Below, in pieces: positions 53,705-64,000 of a stretch of DNA of 64,000 nt. Below the pieces are notes generated by a model. That model made no database searches and was not told the DNA's origin. It worked only from the letters and a program-made list of their open reading frames with translations. Both the position numbers and the translations under genes were made by a program. The first letter of the stretch is position 1, and every line of letters begins with the position of its first letter. The stretch spans positions 149,118 to 213,117 of the forward strand of contig JAVJOO010000002.1 of NCBI GenBank assembly GCA_040216735.1. The letters are read 5' to 3'. The DNA is from Alphaproteobacteria bacterium. Lineage in GTDB: Bacteria > Pseudomonadota > Alphaproteobacteria > SHVP01.

Positions 53705-56563
53705 TTAGACTGTTATCGTTTCACGAACAATCTTCGATTGTTCTTCGAGGTGCTTTCGCAAGAGACCCGTCGCTGTCGACGCGCTCTCCGAACGCCCAAA
53801 GTATTTCGGGCGCTGACCTTTGCGCCCCAAAGTCTGGAATACTTCATCGAGACGCGGCGCGACGAAAGACCAAGCCCCCTGGTTCTTTGGCTCTTCTTGG
53901 CACCAAACGATTTCGGCGTTCGGATAACGCCGGAGCTCCTTGGTCAACGATCGGTACGGAAAGGGGTAGAGTTGTTCGGCTCGGAGTACGACAACGTTGC
54001 GAATGTCGTTCTTTTCGCGCTCTTCCCACAGGTCGTAGTAGATCTTGCCGGAACACACGACGACGCGCTTGATCTTGTCGTCCTTGTCGACCGGGCATTC
54101 GTCCCAGAGCACACGGTGGAAGCTTGTTTTCCCAGCCAGTTCATCGAGGCGCGACACCGCGCGCTTGTGCCGCAGCAAAGACTTAGGGGTCACCAAGACC
54201 AACGGCTTGCGAAAATCGCGATGCACTTGCCGACGCAAGATGTGGAAGTAGTTCGCCGGCGTCGTGCAGTTGGCAACTTGCATGTTGTCTTCGGCGCACA
54301 GCTGCAAGTAGCGCTCCAGGCGCGCCGAACTGTGTTCGGGCCCCTGACCTTCGTACCCGTGGGGCAGCAACATCACGAGGCCGCTCATCCGCAACCACTT
54401 GCTCTCGCCCGACGAAATGAATTGGTCGACGATGACCTGCGCGCCGTTCGCAAAATCGCCGAATTGGGCTTCCCACATCACCAGCGAGTTCGGCGCGGTT
54501 TGGCTGTAGCCGTACTCAAACCCGAGGACGGCAAACTCCGACAACATGCTGTCGACGACTTCGAACTTGGCTTGACCGGGTGAGATGTGCTCGAGCGCGA
54601 TATGGCGGGCTTCGGTGTCTTGGTCGATCAGGACGGCGTGACGCTGGGAGAACGTTCCACGCTGGGAGTCTTGTCCGCTCAAACGAACGCCGTGGCCTTC
54701 GGACAGCAGCGTTCCGAAGGCCAACGCCTCGGCGGTCGCCCAATCGATCCCCTCGCCCGACGCAAAGACCTCTTTCTTGGCGTCGAGTTGCCGGCGAATG
54801 GTCCGGTGCAAATTGAAGTCTTCCGGCACGTCGGTCAGTACCTTTCCGACGTGCTTAAGCGATTTCTCGCTGACTGCTGTCTTGCCGCGCCGCGCCTCGC
54901 CGCTGGCGACGCGTAGCCCTTTCCACGCACCTTCGAGCCAGTCCGCTTTGTTCGGCTTGAACGCCTCTGCTGCGGTGAAGTCTTCGTCGAGCTTGGCATG
55001 AAATGCCGCGCGAATTTCTTCGGCTTCGCCGGGTTTCAGCAACCCCATCTTCTCCAGAGCGGTTGCGTAGATCTCCCGCGTCGGCGGGTGATCCTTGATT
55101 CGCTTGTACATGATGGGCTGGGTGAACGCGGGCTCGTCGCCTTCGTTGTGTCCGTGTCGTCGGTAGCAGAACATGTCGATCACGACATCGCGGTGGAAGG
55201 TCTGGCGGAAATCCGTTGCGAGTCGCGCGACATGGACAACCGCCTCGGGATCGTCGCCGTTGACATGGAACACCGGTGCCTGGACGCCTTTCGCCAAGTC
55301 CGACGGATAGGGCGAGGAGCGGCTGTAGCCGGGCGAGGTGGTAAAGCCGATTTGGTTGTTCACGATGACGTGGATCGTTCCACCGGTGCGATAGCCCTTG
55401 AGGTCGGACAACGCGAAACACTCCGCGACGACCCCTTGACCGGCAAACGCTGCGTCGCCGTGCATCAGAATGCTGAGGACTTTAGTGCGGTCGACATCGT
55501 CGTGTTGCAATTGTTTGGCGCGCACCTTGCCCAAGACGACGGGGTTTACGGCCTCAAGGTGAGAGGGGTTAGCGGACAGCGACAAATGAACACTTTCACC
55601 GTCAAACACGCGGTCGGCCGACGTGCCGAGATGGTACTTCACATCGCCCGAACCCTGTACGTCGTCGGGGTGAGCACTGGTACCTTGGAATTCGGAGAAT
55701 ATTTTCAGGTAGGGCTTGGCCATCACATTGGTGAGGACGTTGAGACGGCCCCGGTGCGGCATGCCGAACATGATCTCTTTGACGCCTGAGAGCGCCGCGC
55801 GCTTGTTGATCGCCTCGAGCAACGGGATCAACGACTCGGCGCCGTCGCACCCGAACCTCTTGGTACCGGTGTACTTGAGATGCAGGAACCGCTCGAAACC
55901 CTCGGCATGGGTAAGCTGCTCCAGAATCTTGCGGCGGCCTTCCTCGGTGAACTGGGGCCGGTAGTTGTGTCCTTCGATGCGTTCCTGAATCCAAGCCTTT
56001 TGCTCGGGATACTGGATGTGCATGAACTCGTAGCCGATGTTGCCACTGTAGGTAAGGCGCAGCACCCGCTCGATCTCGCGCATCGTCGCCGTCTCGAGGC
56101 CGAGCACGTTGTCGATAAAAATGGGGCGATCCATATCGGCTTCGGTGAAGCCGTAGGTCGCGGGATCCAATTCGGGGTGCGGGTCGCGCCCCTCTAGGCC
56201 CAGCGGATCAAGTTTTGCGTTGAGGTGACCGCGAACCCGGTAGGATCGGATTAGCATCAGCGCCCGGAGCGAATCGAGCGTGGCGCCACGCAGCGTTTCC
56301 GGCGCGACATGGGCATCGCCCTGCACGGACGACGGCATCTCTTCTGGCTCGACCGAGGTGACAAAGGGGCCACCCTCGGGCGCCCAACTCGCACCGCGCT
56401 GCGCGCCGAGCGCGGTGGCGACATCGTCGCCTAACCCTTCGAAGAAACCTTGCCACTGGGCATCCAGCGATGCTGGGTTCTCGATGAAGCGGGCGTACTG
56501 TTGTTCCAGAAACGCACTGTTTACGCCGGTAAGAAAGGACGCTCGATCCGGTTCGCTACCCAT
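53705..56563 (-). CDS. sucA: 2-oxoglutarate dehydrogenase E1 component
   Basis: 952 aa; N-terminal [18 protein letters not shown]; TPP-binding region. Confidence 0.93.
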   Translation of the reverse strand: MGSEPDRASFLTGVNSAFLEQQYARFIENPASLDAQWQGFFEGLGDDVATALGAQRGASWAPEGGPFVTSVEPEEMPSSVQGDAHVAPETLRGATLDSLRALMLIRSYRVRGHLNAKLDPLGLEGRDPHPELDPATYGFTEADMDRPIFIDNVLGLETATMREIERVLRLTYSGNIGYEFMHIQYPEQKAWIQERIEGHNYRPQFTEEGRRKILEQLTHAEGFERFLHLKYTGTKRFGCDGAESLIPLLEAINKRAALSGVKEIMFGMPHRGRLNVLTNVMAKPYLKIFSEFQGTSAHPDDVQGSGDVKYHLGTSADRVFDGESVHLSLSANPSHLEAVNPVVLGKVRAKQLQHDDVDRTKVLSILMHGDAAFAGQGVVAECFALSDLKGYRTGGTIHVIVNNQIGFTTSPGYSRSSPYPSDLAKGVQAPVFHVNGDDPEAVVHVARLATDFRQTFHRDVVIDMFCYRRHGHNEGDEPAFTQPIMYKRIKDHPPTREIYATALEKMGLLKPGEAEEIRAAFHAKLDEDFTAAEAFKPNKADWLEGAWKGLRVASGEARRGKTAVSEKSLKHVGKVLTDVPEDFNLHRTIRRQLDAKKEVFASGEGIDWATAEALAFGTLLSEGHGVRLSGQDSQRGTFSQRHAVLIDQDTEARHIALEHISPGQAKFEVVDSMLSEFAVLGFEYGYSQTAPNSLVMWEAQFGDFANGAQVIVDQFISSGESKWLRMSGLVMLLPHGYEGQGPEHSSARLERYLQLCAEDNMQVANCTTPANYFHILRRQVHRDFRKPLVLVTPKSLLRHKRAVSRLDELAGKTSFHRVLWDECPVDKDDKIKRVVVCSGKIYYDLWEEREKNDIRNVVVLRAEQLYPFPYRSLTKELRRYPNAEIVWCQEEPKNQGAWSFVAPRLDEVFQTLGRKGQRPKYFGRSESASTATGLLRKHLEEQSKIVRETITV

Positions 56564-56601
56564 GTCATTCGGCGCGCAACGCGCGCCCCCCGTCAGCCGC
56601 G

Positions 56602-57483
56602 TTAATGGCCGCGCTTGAGCAATTCAAGAAGTGTAGTGCCCATCGCGGCCGGCGATTCGGTCACCGTGATTCCGGCGGATTTCATCGCATCGATCTTATC
56701 TTCGGCGCCGCCCTTCCCGCCCGAGATAATCGCGCCGGCGTGCCCCATACGACGGCCCGGCGGTGCGGTTCTCCCGGCAATGAAGCCGACGACCGGTTTT
56801 TTCGTGGCGCTGTCGCGGAGAAGTTGCGCGCCTTCTTCCTCCGCGTCCCCGCCGATTTCACCGATCATGATGATCGATTCGGTCGCCGGATCAGCCAAGA
56901 ACATCTCCAGACAATCGACAAAGTTCGTGCCGTTGACGGGATCCCCACCGATGCCGATGCAGGTCGATTGGCCCAGACCGGCGGCGGTCGTCTGCGCGAC
57001 GGCTTCGTAGGTCAAGGTGCCCGACCGGGAGACGATCCCCACCGAGCCCGGCTTGTGAATGTGGCCCGGCATGATCCCGATCTTGCAGGCGTCGGGGGTG
57101 ATGACGCCGGGGCAATTTGGCCCGATCAGACGCGATCCCGAATTCTGGAGGGCCCGTTTGACGTCGACCATGTCGAGGACGGGAATGCCTTCGGTAATGC
57201 ACACGATCAGCGGAACGCCTGCATCGACCGCCTCAAGAATCGCATCGGCGGCAAACGGGGGCGGCACATAGATGACCGAGGCATCGACCCCGACCTTTTC
57301 TACAGCATCGGCGACGGTGTCGAAGACCGGTAGACCCAGGTGTTCGGTTCCGCCCTTTCCCGGCGTAACGCCGCCCACCATCTTGGTGCCGTAGGCGATC
57401 GCCTGTTCGGAATGAAAAGTTCCCTGGACCCCGGTAAACCCTTGGCAGATCACTTTAGTATTCGAATCGACCAGAACAGCCAT
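56602..57483 (-). CDS. sucD: Succinyl-CoA ligase alpha subunit
   Basis: [18 protein letters not shown]; phospho-His loop SRSGTLTYE. Confidence 0.93.
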   Translation of the reverse strand: MAVLVDSNTKVICQGFTGVQGTFHSEQAIAYGTKMVGGVTPGKGGTEHLGLPVFDTVADAVEKVGVDASVIYVPPPFAADAILEAVDAGVPLIVCITEGIPVLDMVDVKRALQNSGSRLIGPNCPGVITPDACKIGIMPGHIHKPGSVGIVSRSGTLTYEAVAQTTAAGLGQSTCIGIGGDPVNGTNFVDCLEMFLADPATESIIMIGEIGGDAEEEGAQLLRDSATKKPVVGFIAGRTAPPGRRMGHAGAIISGGKGGAEDKIDAMKSAGITVTESPAAMGTTLLELLKRGH

Positions 57484-58652
57484 CAGGTAGCTTCCTCAAC
57501 CGCTTTGACGATTTTCCGGGCGGCATCGCCCAGATCGTCGCCGGTAATGATCGGGAGGCCAGAGTTGGCCAGAATCTCTTTGCCCAGCGCGACATTGGTC
57601 CCTTCGAGCCGGACCACAAGCGGCACATGGAGGCTGACGTCGCGCGCCGCCGCAACGACGCCTTCGGCGATCACGTCGCAGCGCATGATCCCACCGAAAA
57701 TGTTCACCAGGATGCCTTCGACGTTGGGATCCGAGAGAATGATCTTGAACGCCTCGGTTACCCGCTCTTTGTTCGCGCCGCCGCCAACATCGAGGAAATT
57801 CGCAGGCGCGCCGCCGAACAGCTTGATGATGTCCATCGTCGCCATCGCGAGGCCGGCGCCGTTGACCATGCACCCGATCGAGCCGTCGAGTTTGATGTAG
57901 TTGAGGTCGTGTTTCTGGGCCTCGATCTCGGCTGGGTCTTCCTCGTTTTCGTCGCGCAAGGCCGCGATGTCCTTGTGCCGGAACAGCGCGTTGTCGTCGA
58001 AGTTCATTTTTGCGTCGAGCGCGACGACGCTACCGGCGCCGGTGACAACCAGCGGATTGATTTCGAGGAGGCTCGCGTCGGTTGCCACAAAGGCCTTGTA
58101 TGCCCCGAGCACAAACCGGACCGTTGACTTGATCTGTTCGCCTTCCAACCCTAGCGCGAAGGCCACCTTGCGGGCGTGGAAGGGTTGAATGCCCGTGGCG
58201 GGATCGATGGTCACCACGGTGATCTTTTCCGGCGTTTCGGCGGCAACCTCTTCGATATCCATGCCGCCCTCGGTCGAGGCCATGATCGAGACCCGACCAG
58301 TGCCGCGGTCGACTAGCATGCCTAGATAGAGTTCGCGGGCGATATCGGCGCCTTCTTCGACGTAGATGCGCCGGACCAAGCGGCCCTGGGGCCCGGTCTG
58401 CGGCGTTACCAACGTCATCCCGATCATCGCCGACGCGGCGGCGTTCAGTTCTTCGAGGGACTTGACCACCTTGACGCCGCCGCCCTTGCCGCGGCCACCG
58501 GCGTGAATCTGCGCTTTGACGACCCAAACTGGACCGCCAAGGTCCTCGGCGACTTTTTTGGCTTCTTGCGGCGTATAGGCCACCCCGCCGCGGGGCACGG
58601 TGACGCCGTATTGGGCGAGGACGCCCTTGGCCTGGTACTCATGAATATTCAT
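57483..58652 (-). CDS. sucC: Succinyl-CoA ligase beta subunit (ADP-forming)
   Basis: [17 protein letters not shown] canonical; stop overlaps sucD start. Confidence 0.93.
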   Translation of the reverse strand: MNIHEYQAKGVLAQYGVTVPRGGVAYTPQEAKKVAEDLGGPVWVVKAQIHAGGRGKGGGVKVVKSLEELNAAASAMIGMTLVTPQTGPQGRLVRRIYVEEGADIARELYLGMLVDRGTGRVSIMASTEGGMDIEEVAAETPEKITVVTIDPATGIQPFHARKVAFALGLEGEQIKSTVRFVLGAYKAFVATDASLLEINPLVVTGAGSVVALDAKMNFDDNALFRHKDIAALRDENEEDPAEIEAQKHDLNYIKLDGSIGCMVNGAGLAMATMDIIKLFGGAPANFLDVGGGANKERVTEAFKIILSDPNVEGILVNIFGGIMRCDVIAEGVVAAARDVSLHVPLVVRLEGTNVALGKEILANSGLPIITGDDLGDAARKIVKAVEEAT

Positions 58653-58749
58653 GGAACGCCTAACGTAGTTGCCTTGGTCGCACGCCGGAAGTCTGGCCTA
58701 GCGTGATCATTAAGCCATAACCGCCCATTTCATCAAATCGGCGCCCGGA

Positions 58750-59805
<1,056 letters not shown>

Positions 59806-59935
59806 CTACTCCGATTCCCCAAGTCGAGCAAGCGCGCGGGCAAGGTAGCTTGAAGCATCCGAGGGGCGGCACATATGGTGCGGCAGACCGGCGCTAGCCC
59901 GACGCACGCCAATTTCCTGACCGGAGACCATGAGA

Positions 59936-61837
59936 ATGACCGACACGGACGCCCCTACCGTCGAAAAGAGAAGCTTTCAGGCGGAAGTCAGCCGTCTGCT
60001 GCAGATCGTCGCCAACTCGCTCTACAGCGACCGGGATGTATTTCTGCGCGAACTGATTTCGAACGCGTCCGACGCCTGTGACAAGCTACGTTACGAATCG
60101 ATCACGACGCCCGCGCTCGTCGACGACGACCCGGAATTCCGCGTTCTCTTGGAAGTGGACAAGGCCGGTGGCGTGTTGCGGGTCAGCGACAACGGCATCG
60201 GGATGACCCGCGACGAGCTGGCCGACAACTTGGGAACCATCGCCAAGTCCGGCACGGCAGCCTTCATGGAACATCTCAAGGACGCCCAGGCCGACAGTAA
60301 GGACAAGGCCGCGTCGATGATCGGTCAATTCGGCGTTGGATTTTACTCGGCATTCATGGTGGCCGACGAGGTCGTGGTCGAGTCGCGCCGCGCCGGCGAT
60401 ACGCAGAGCTGGCGTTGGACATCGGACGGACTGGGCGAGTTCACCGTCGGGCCGAGCGACCGGGCCGCACGCGGCACGACCGTGAGCCTGCATTTGAAGA
60501 AGGACGCCAAGGATTACCTCAAGCCCGAAACGCTGCGGCGTATCGTCAAGAAGCACGCCGACCACATCGGCATTCCCGTGGTCCTGCAGGGCGGCGACGG
60601 AGCGCCCGAAACGCTGAACGACGCCTCGGCCCTGTGGACCAAGCCCAAGAGCGACATCGAACCCACCCAGTATGCGGAGTTCTACCACCACGTCTCGGGC
60701 AACTTCGACGAACCGACCCTGACGTTGCACGCCCGCGTCGAGGGGAAGATCGACTACACCCTCCTCTTGTTCGTGCCGACGGTCCGGCCCTTCGATATTT
60801 TCGATCCGGCGCGGGCGCACCACGTGCGGCTTTACGTCAAACGGGTCTTCGTCACCGCCGAGATGGAGGGCCTGGTGCCCCCCTACCTGCGGTTCCTGTG
60901 CGGTGTCGTCGACACCGAAGACCTGAGCCTCAATGTCAGCCGGGAAATGCTCCAGGCGAGTCCGTTGGTCGCAAAAATCCGCAAAGACATCGTCAAGAAG
61001 CTGTTTCGCGAACTGCATAAGCTGTCGGAAAAAGAACCCACGAAATTCGAAGCCTTCTGGAAAGAGTTCGGGGCCGTCGTCAAGGAAGGTCTGTACGAAG
61101 ACCCCGACGCGAAGGACAACATCCTCCCCATCGCTCGGTTCCACAGCACGCGCTCATCCGAAGTGACCACCCTCGCCGATTACGTGGGGCGGATGAAGGA
61201 CGGCCAAAAGACCATCTATTACATCGTCGGCGACCGCGACGCCGTGGCGCGCAGCCCGCACCTCGAAGGCTTCAAGGCGCGCGATATCGAAGTCCTCCTC
61301 CTATCGGATCCGGTCGACGATTTCTGGGTCAACGCCCTCGGCAGCTTCAACGAGACGCCGTTCAAGTCCGTCACCCGCGGGACGGCGGACTTGCAGGACC
61401 TGCCGGCGAAATCCGATGGCGGCGACGAAGCCGCTGAACCCGACGACGTCGGCACGAAACGGCTGGTCGCACTCCTAAAGCTGGCACTCAAGGACCGTGC
61501 GAAGGACGTTCGCGTCAGCGACCGGCTTACCGACAGCCCGGCCTGTCTCGTCGCCGCCGACGACGGACTGGATATGCATACCGAGCGGCTGCTGCGCCAG
61601 CATGGGCGGATCACGGAGGGCACCCTGCGCGTCCTGGAGATCAATCCGAAACACGCGGTGATTTCAGCGCTCGCCAAACTTGCCGCCAGCGAAAACGCAG
61701 GCGCGCGATTGGACGATGCGGCGCACATGCTGTTCGATCAGGCAACGATCCTCGAAGGCGAGCTGCCGCCCGACATCGCGGCGTTTTCGCGCCGTTTAGT
61801 GTCGATCCTCGAAAAAGCGGTGGCGACCGAACCTTAA
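59936..61837 (+). CDS. htpG: Molecular chaperone HtpG (Hsp90)
   Basis: FQAEVSRLLQIVANSLYSDRDVFLRELISNASDA canonical N-terminus; ORF begins 59930 (MRMTDTD), ATG at 59936 preferred. Confidence 0.9.
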   Translation: MTDTDAPTVEKRSFQAEVSRLLQIVANSLYSDRDVFLRELISNASDACDKLRYESITTPALVDDDPEFRVLLEVDKAGGVLRVSDNGIGMTRDELADNLGTIAKSGTAAFMEHLKDAQADSKDKAASMIGQFGVGFYSAFMVADEVVVESRRAGDTQSWRWTSDGLGEFTVGPSDRAARGTTVSLHLKKDAKDYLKPETLRRIVKKHADHIGIPVVLQGGDGAPETLNDASALWTKPKSDIEPTQYAEFYHHVSGNFDEPTLTLHARVEGKIDYTLLLFVPTVRPFDIFDPARAHHVRLYVKRVFVTAEMEGLVPPYLRFLCGVVDTEDLSLNVSREMLQASPLVAKIRKDIVKKLFRELHKLSEKEPTKFEAFWKEFGAVVKEGLYEDPDAKDNILPIARFHSTRSSEVTTLADYVGRMKDGQKTIYYIVGDRDAVARSPHLEGFKARDIEVLLLSDPVDDFWVNALGSFNETPFKSVTRGTADLQDLPAKSDGGDEAAEPDDVGTKRLVALLKLALKDRAKDVRVSDRLTDSPACLVAADDGLDMHTERLLRQHGRITEGTLRVLEINPKHAVISALAKLAASENAGARLDDAAHMLFDQATILEGELPPDIAAFSRRLVSILEKAVATEP

Positions 61838-62586
61838 GGACGCGTCAAGCTGGCGAGATCGGACTTTTGGGCACCCAAGATATGCCCTGAATCGTACTCC
61901 TGGACGATCACCGCGACGGCTTCGCCGACCGCTTGAAGATCCTCGATGCTGAGCGCCAAGCTCAGTGTCTTGCCATACCACTCGCCGATCTCCCGAACGT
62001 CGCGAACGACGTTGTGCGACCCGAGCGTACGCCCGCCATTCTCGCCGCGCTCGACTGCGACTTCATGGTAGGGATCGAAGAGGATCAACCACACTAGAAC
62101 CCGCCGATTGTAGATCTGCCCCTCGGAGACATTGATCCGAAGGGTGCCCAACGGCACTTCCGAAAGCTTAACGGAGAGGCTTTCTTCTTGTTCGAGCGCG
62201 GCTTTTCGTATCGCGCGATCGACCGCTTTGTGCCGCGAGCCAACCTCATGGTAGCGCCCACCGACAACGATTTGCGGCGTATAGATGGTCCGCTCCCCTA
62301 GGGTGCGCGCGTACTCGCGTTGGCGATTGGTCGTCGCCTCGCTCGCAAACGTATCGCGCCACCCCAAGTAGTCCCAATAATTGACGTGGTAGCTCAGCGC
62401 GATCACGTTTTCGCGCCCCTTCAACGACGCCAGATAAGCATCGGCAGGTGGGCAGGAGTTGCACCCTTGCGAGGTGAACAATTCCACAACGACGGGCGCC
62501 TTACGCTCCGCCGCCATCGCCCCGGAGACGCCCACGAAGGCAGTCGCGACAAGCACAAGCCAAGTCGAGAATCGGAGATTAGCCAT
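61834..62586 (-). CDS. DUF1223 domain protein (thioredoxin-like, secreted)
   Basis: Signal peptide MANLRFSTWLVLVATAFVGVSGAMA; CXXC-like motif SQGCNSCPP. Confidence 0.7.
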   Translation of the reverse strand: MANLRFSTWLVLVATAFVGVSGAMAAERKAPVVVELFTSQGCNSCPPADAYLASLKGRENVIALSYHVNYWDYLGWRDTFASEATTNRQREYARTLGERTIYTPQIVVGGRYHEVGSRHKAVDRAIRKAALEQEESLSVKLSEVPLGTLRINVSEGQIYNRRVLVWLILFDPYHEVAVERGENGGRTLGSHNVVRDVREIGEWYGKTLSLALSIEDLQAVGEAVAVIVQEYDSGHILGAQKSDLASLTRP

Positions 62587-62652
62587 GGCTCGACGCTATC
62601 CCCGGCTCCCTGGACGCGCGAATCAAGAAAGGGTGACTGCCGCGGCGTCGCG

Positions 62653-64000
62653 CTACGCGGTGCCGGCGATCAAGTTCCTCAGGACGTAATGAAGGATGCC
62701 GCCGTTGAGGTAATAGTCGACCTCGTTTGCGGTATCGATGCGGCACAGAAGATCGACGGACTTCGACTTCCCGTCCGAATAGGTAATGCGGCAACTGACA
62801 TCCATCAGCGGCTTGATACCCTTTTCGATCCCGACAATGTCGATCACTTCGCTGCCGTCGAGCTTGAGGCTCTTGCGCGTCATCCCGTTCTTGAATTCAA
62901 GCGGGAGCACGCCCATCCCGACGAGGTTGGAGCGATGGATGCGCTCGAAACTCTCGGCGATGACGGCGCCGACGCCAAGCAGACGGGTCCCCTTCGCGGC
63001 CCAGTCGCGCGACGACCCGGTGCCATACTCCTTGCCCGCAACGATCACGAGTTTGATGCCCTTCTCTTGGTAGGCCATCGAAGCGTCGTAGATCGACATT
63101 TGCTTGCCGCCAGGTTGGTAGCGCGTGACCCCACCCTCGGTGCCCGGCGCCATTTCGTTGCGCAGCCGGATGTTGGCAAACGTGCCGCGCATCATCACTT
63201 CGTGGTTGCCGCGGCGCGAACCGTAGGAATTGAAGTCGGCGGGCTTCACGCCATGCTTCTTTAGATAGTCGCCGGCGGGCCCGGCCTCCTTGATGGAACC
63301 GGCCGGAGAAATGTGATCGGTTGTGATCGAATCACCCAGCAACGCGAGGAGGCGCGCACCTTTTATGTCGGAGACTTTGGATAGTTCCAGCGACAACGCC
63401 TCGAAGTAGGGTGGGTTCTTGACGTAGGTCGATTTCTTGTTCCAGTCGTAGGTCAACCCGCCGCCCGTCTTGATCTTGCGCCAGCGCGCGTCACCCACCG
63501 TCGCGTTCGCGTACTCGTCGCGGAACATGGACGGCTTGACGGAACGGCGAATAGTCCTGTGGATCTCTTCGTTCGACGGCCAAATATCTGCGAGATAAAC
63601 CGGCTTGCCCTTCTTATCCTCGCCGATCGGATCCTTGAAGAGATCGATCTTCATGTTGCCGGCGATCGCATAGGCCACAACCAGCATCGGTGAGGCGAGG
63701 TAGTTGGCGCGCGTATGCGGACTAACCCGTCCTTCGAAATTGCGATTACCCGACAGCACCGCGGCGGCCACAAGATCGCCGGCGCCGATGGCGTCCGAAA
63801 TCGGCGTCGGGAGCGGACCGGAATTGCCGATACACGTCGTACAACCGTAACCCACCAAGTTGAACCCGAGTTTATTCAGGTCGTCCTGGAGGCCGGCATG
63901 TTCGAGGTACTCGCTGACGACCTTAGATCCGGGCGCAAGCGAGGTCTTGACCCAGGGCTTGACCTTCAGGCCCTTCGCCACCGCATTGCGCGCGACCAAG
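62653..64000 (-). CDS. acnA: Aconitate hydratase A, C-terminal portion (N-terminus beyond window end)
   Basis: C-terminal swivel-domain sequence ...[21 protein letters not shown]; Fe-S ligand region CIGNSGPL; ORF open to window edge. Confidence 0.85.
   Translation of the reverse strand, partial: LVARNAVAKGLKVKPWVKTSLAPGSKVVSEYLEHAGLQDDLNKLGFNLVGYGCTTCIGNSGPLPTPISDAIGAGDLVAAAVLSGNRNFEGRVSPHTRANYLASPMLVVAYAIAGNMKIDLFKDPIGEDKKGKPVYLADIWPSNEEIHRTIRRSVKPSMFRDEYANATVGDARWRKIKTGGGLTYDWNKKSTYVKNPPYFEALSLELSKVSDIKGARLLALLGDSITTDHISPAGSIKEAGPAGDYLKKHGVKPADFNSYGSRRGNHEVMMRGTFANIRLRNEMAPGTEGGVTRYQPGGKQMSIYDASMAYQEKGIKLVIVAGKEYGTGSSRDWAAKGTRLLGVGAVIAESFERIHRSNLVGMGVLPLEFKNGMTRKSLKLDGSEVIDIVGIEKGIKPLMDVSCRITYSDGKSKSVDLLCRIDTANEVDYYLNGGILHYVLRNLIAGTA

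Overview
High-GC (~65%) chromosomal segment from an alphaproteobacterium, probably a Rhodospirillales-type organism. Most of it is conserved housekeeping synteny. Alphaproteobacterial hallmarks include the F1 atpHAGDC operon without Fo genes, an mdh-sucCD-sucAB-(small ORF)-lpdA TCA supercluster beside acnA, rplU-rpmA-obg-proB-proA-nadD-rsfS-rlmH, gpmI-envC-ctpA-yibQ-rppH, priA, tal, DUF484-xerC and htpG.

The left 20 kb is more accessory. It carries an MFS transporter, a PAS histidine kinase, an IDH/IPMDH-family dehydrogenase, DUF2889, an MBL hydrolase, a photolyase, and an acyl-CoA dehydrogenase/CoA ligase/cupin/VOC cluster. It also carries a YgiQ radical-SAM protein, GFA, D-aminoacylase, a Zn-dependent dehydrogenase and a tandem universal stress protein.

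The most unusual locus is 20.1-25.4 kb. A tRNA-Ser(CGA) is followed by about 450 bp of AT-richer DNA with a sigma70-like promoter, then a tight operon. The operon encodes two secreted multiheme c-type cytochromes, each with about five heme sites, one carrying a CX4CH motif. It ends with a roughly 490-aa outer-membrane beta-barrel protein that terminates in Phe. This looks like a porin-cytochrome (Pcc/Mtr/Mto/Pio-like) module, but with a non-canonical pentaheme + pentaheme + barrel architecture. The second cytochrome carries a large heme-free C-terminal domain of unknown function. I consider this the candidate undescribed system (a periplasm-to-outer-membrane redox conduit or redox enzyme complex).

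Other observations: nadD lacks any canonical start codon in frame, and a HAD-family hydrolase is frameshifted in a T homopolymer. There are two sets of intergenic direct repeats between convergent genes at 3.1-3.5 kb. The rplU promoter has an inverted repeat flanking the -10 box, and there is a lipocalin-like ORF between sucB and lpdA. Start codons given were re-derived from the ORF track by codon arithmetic. Many long GC-rich ORFs in the track are out-of-frame shadows and are not reported.
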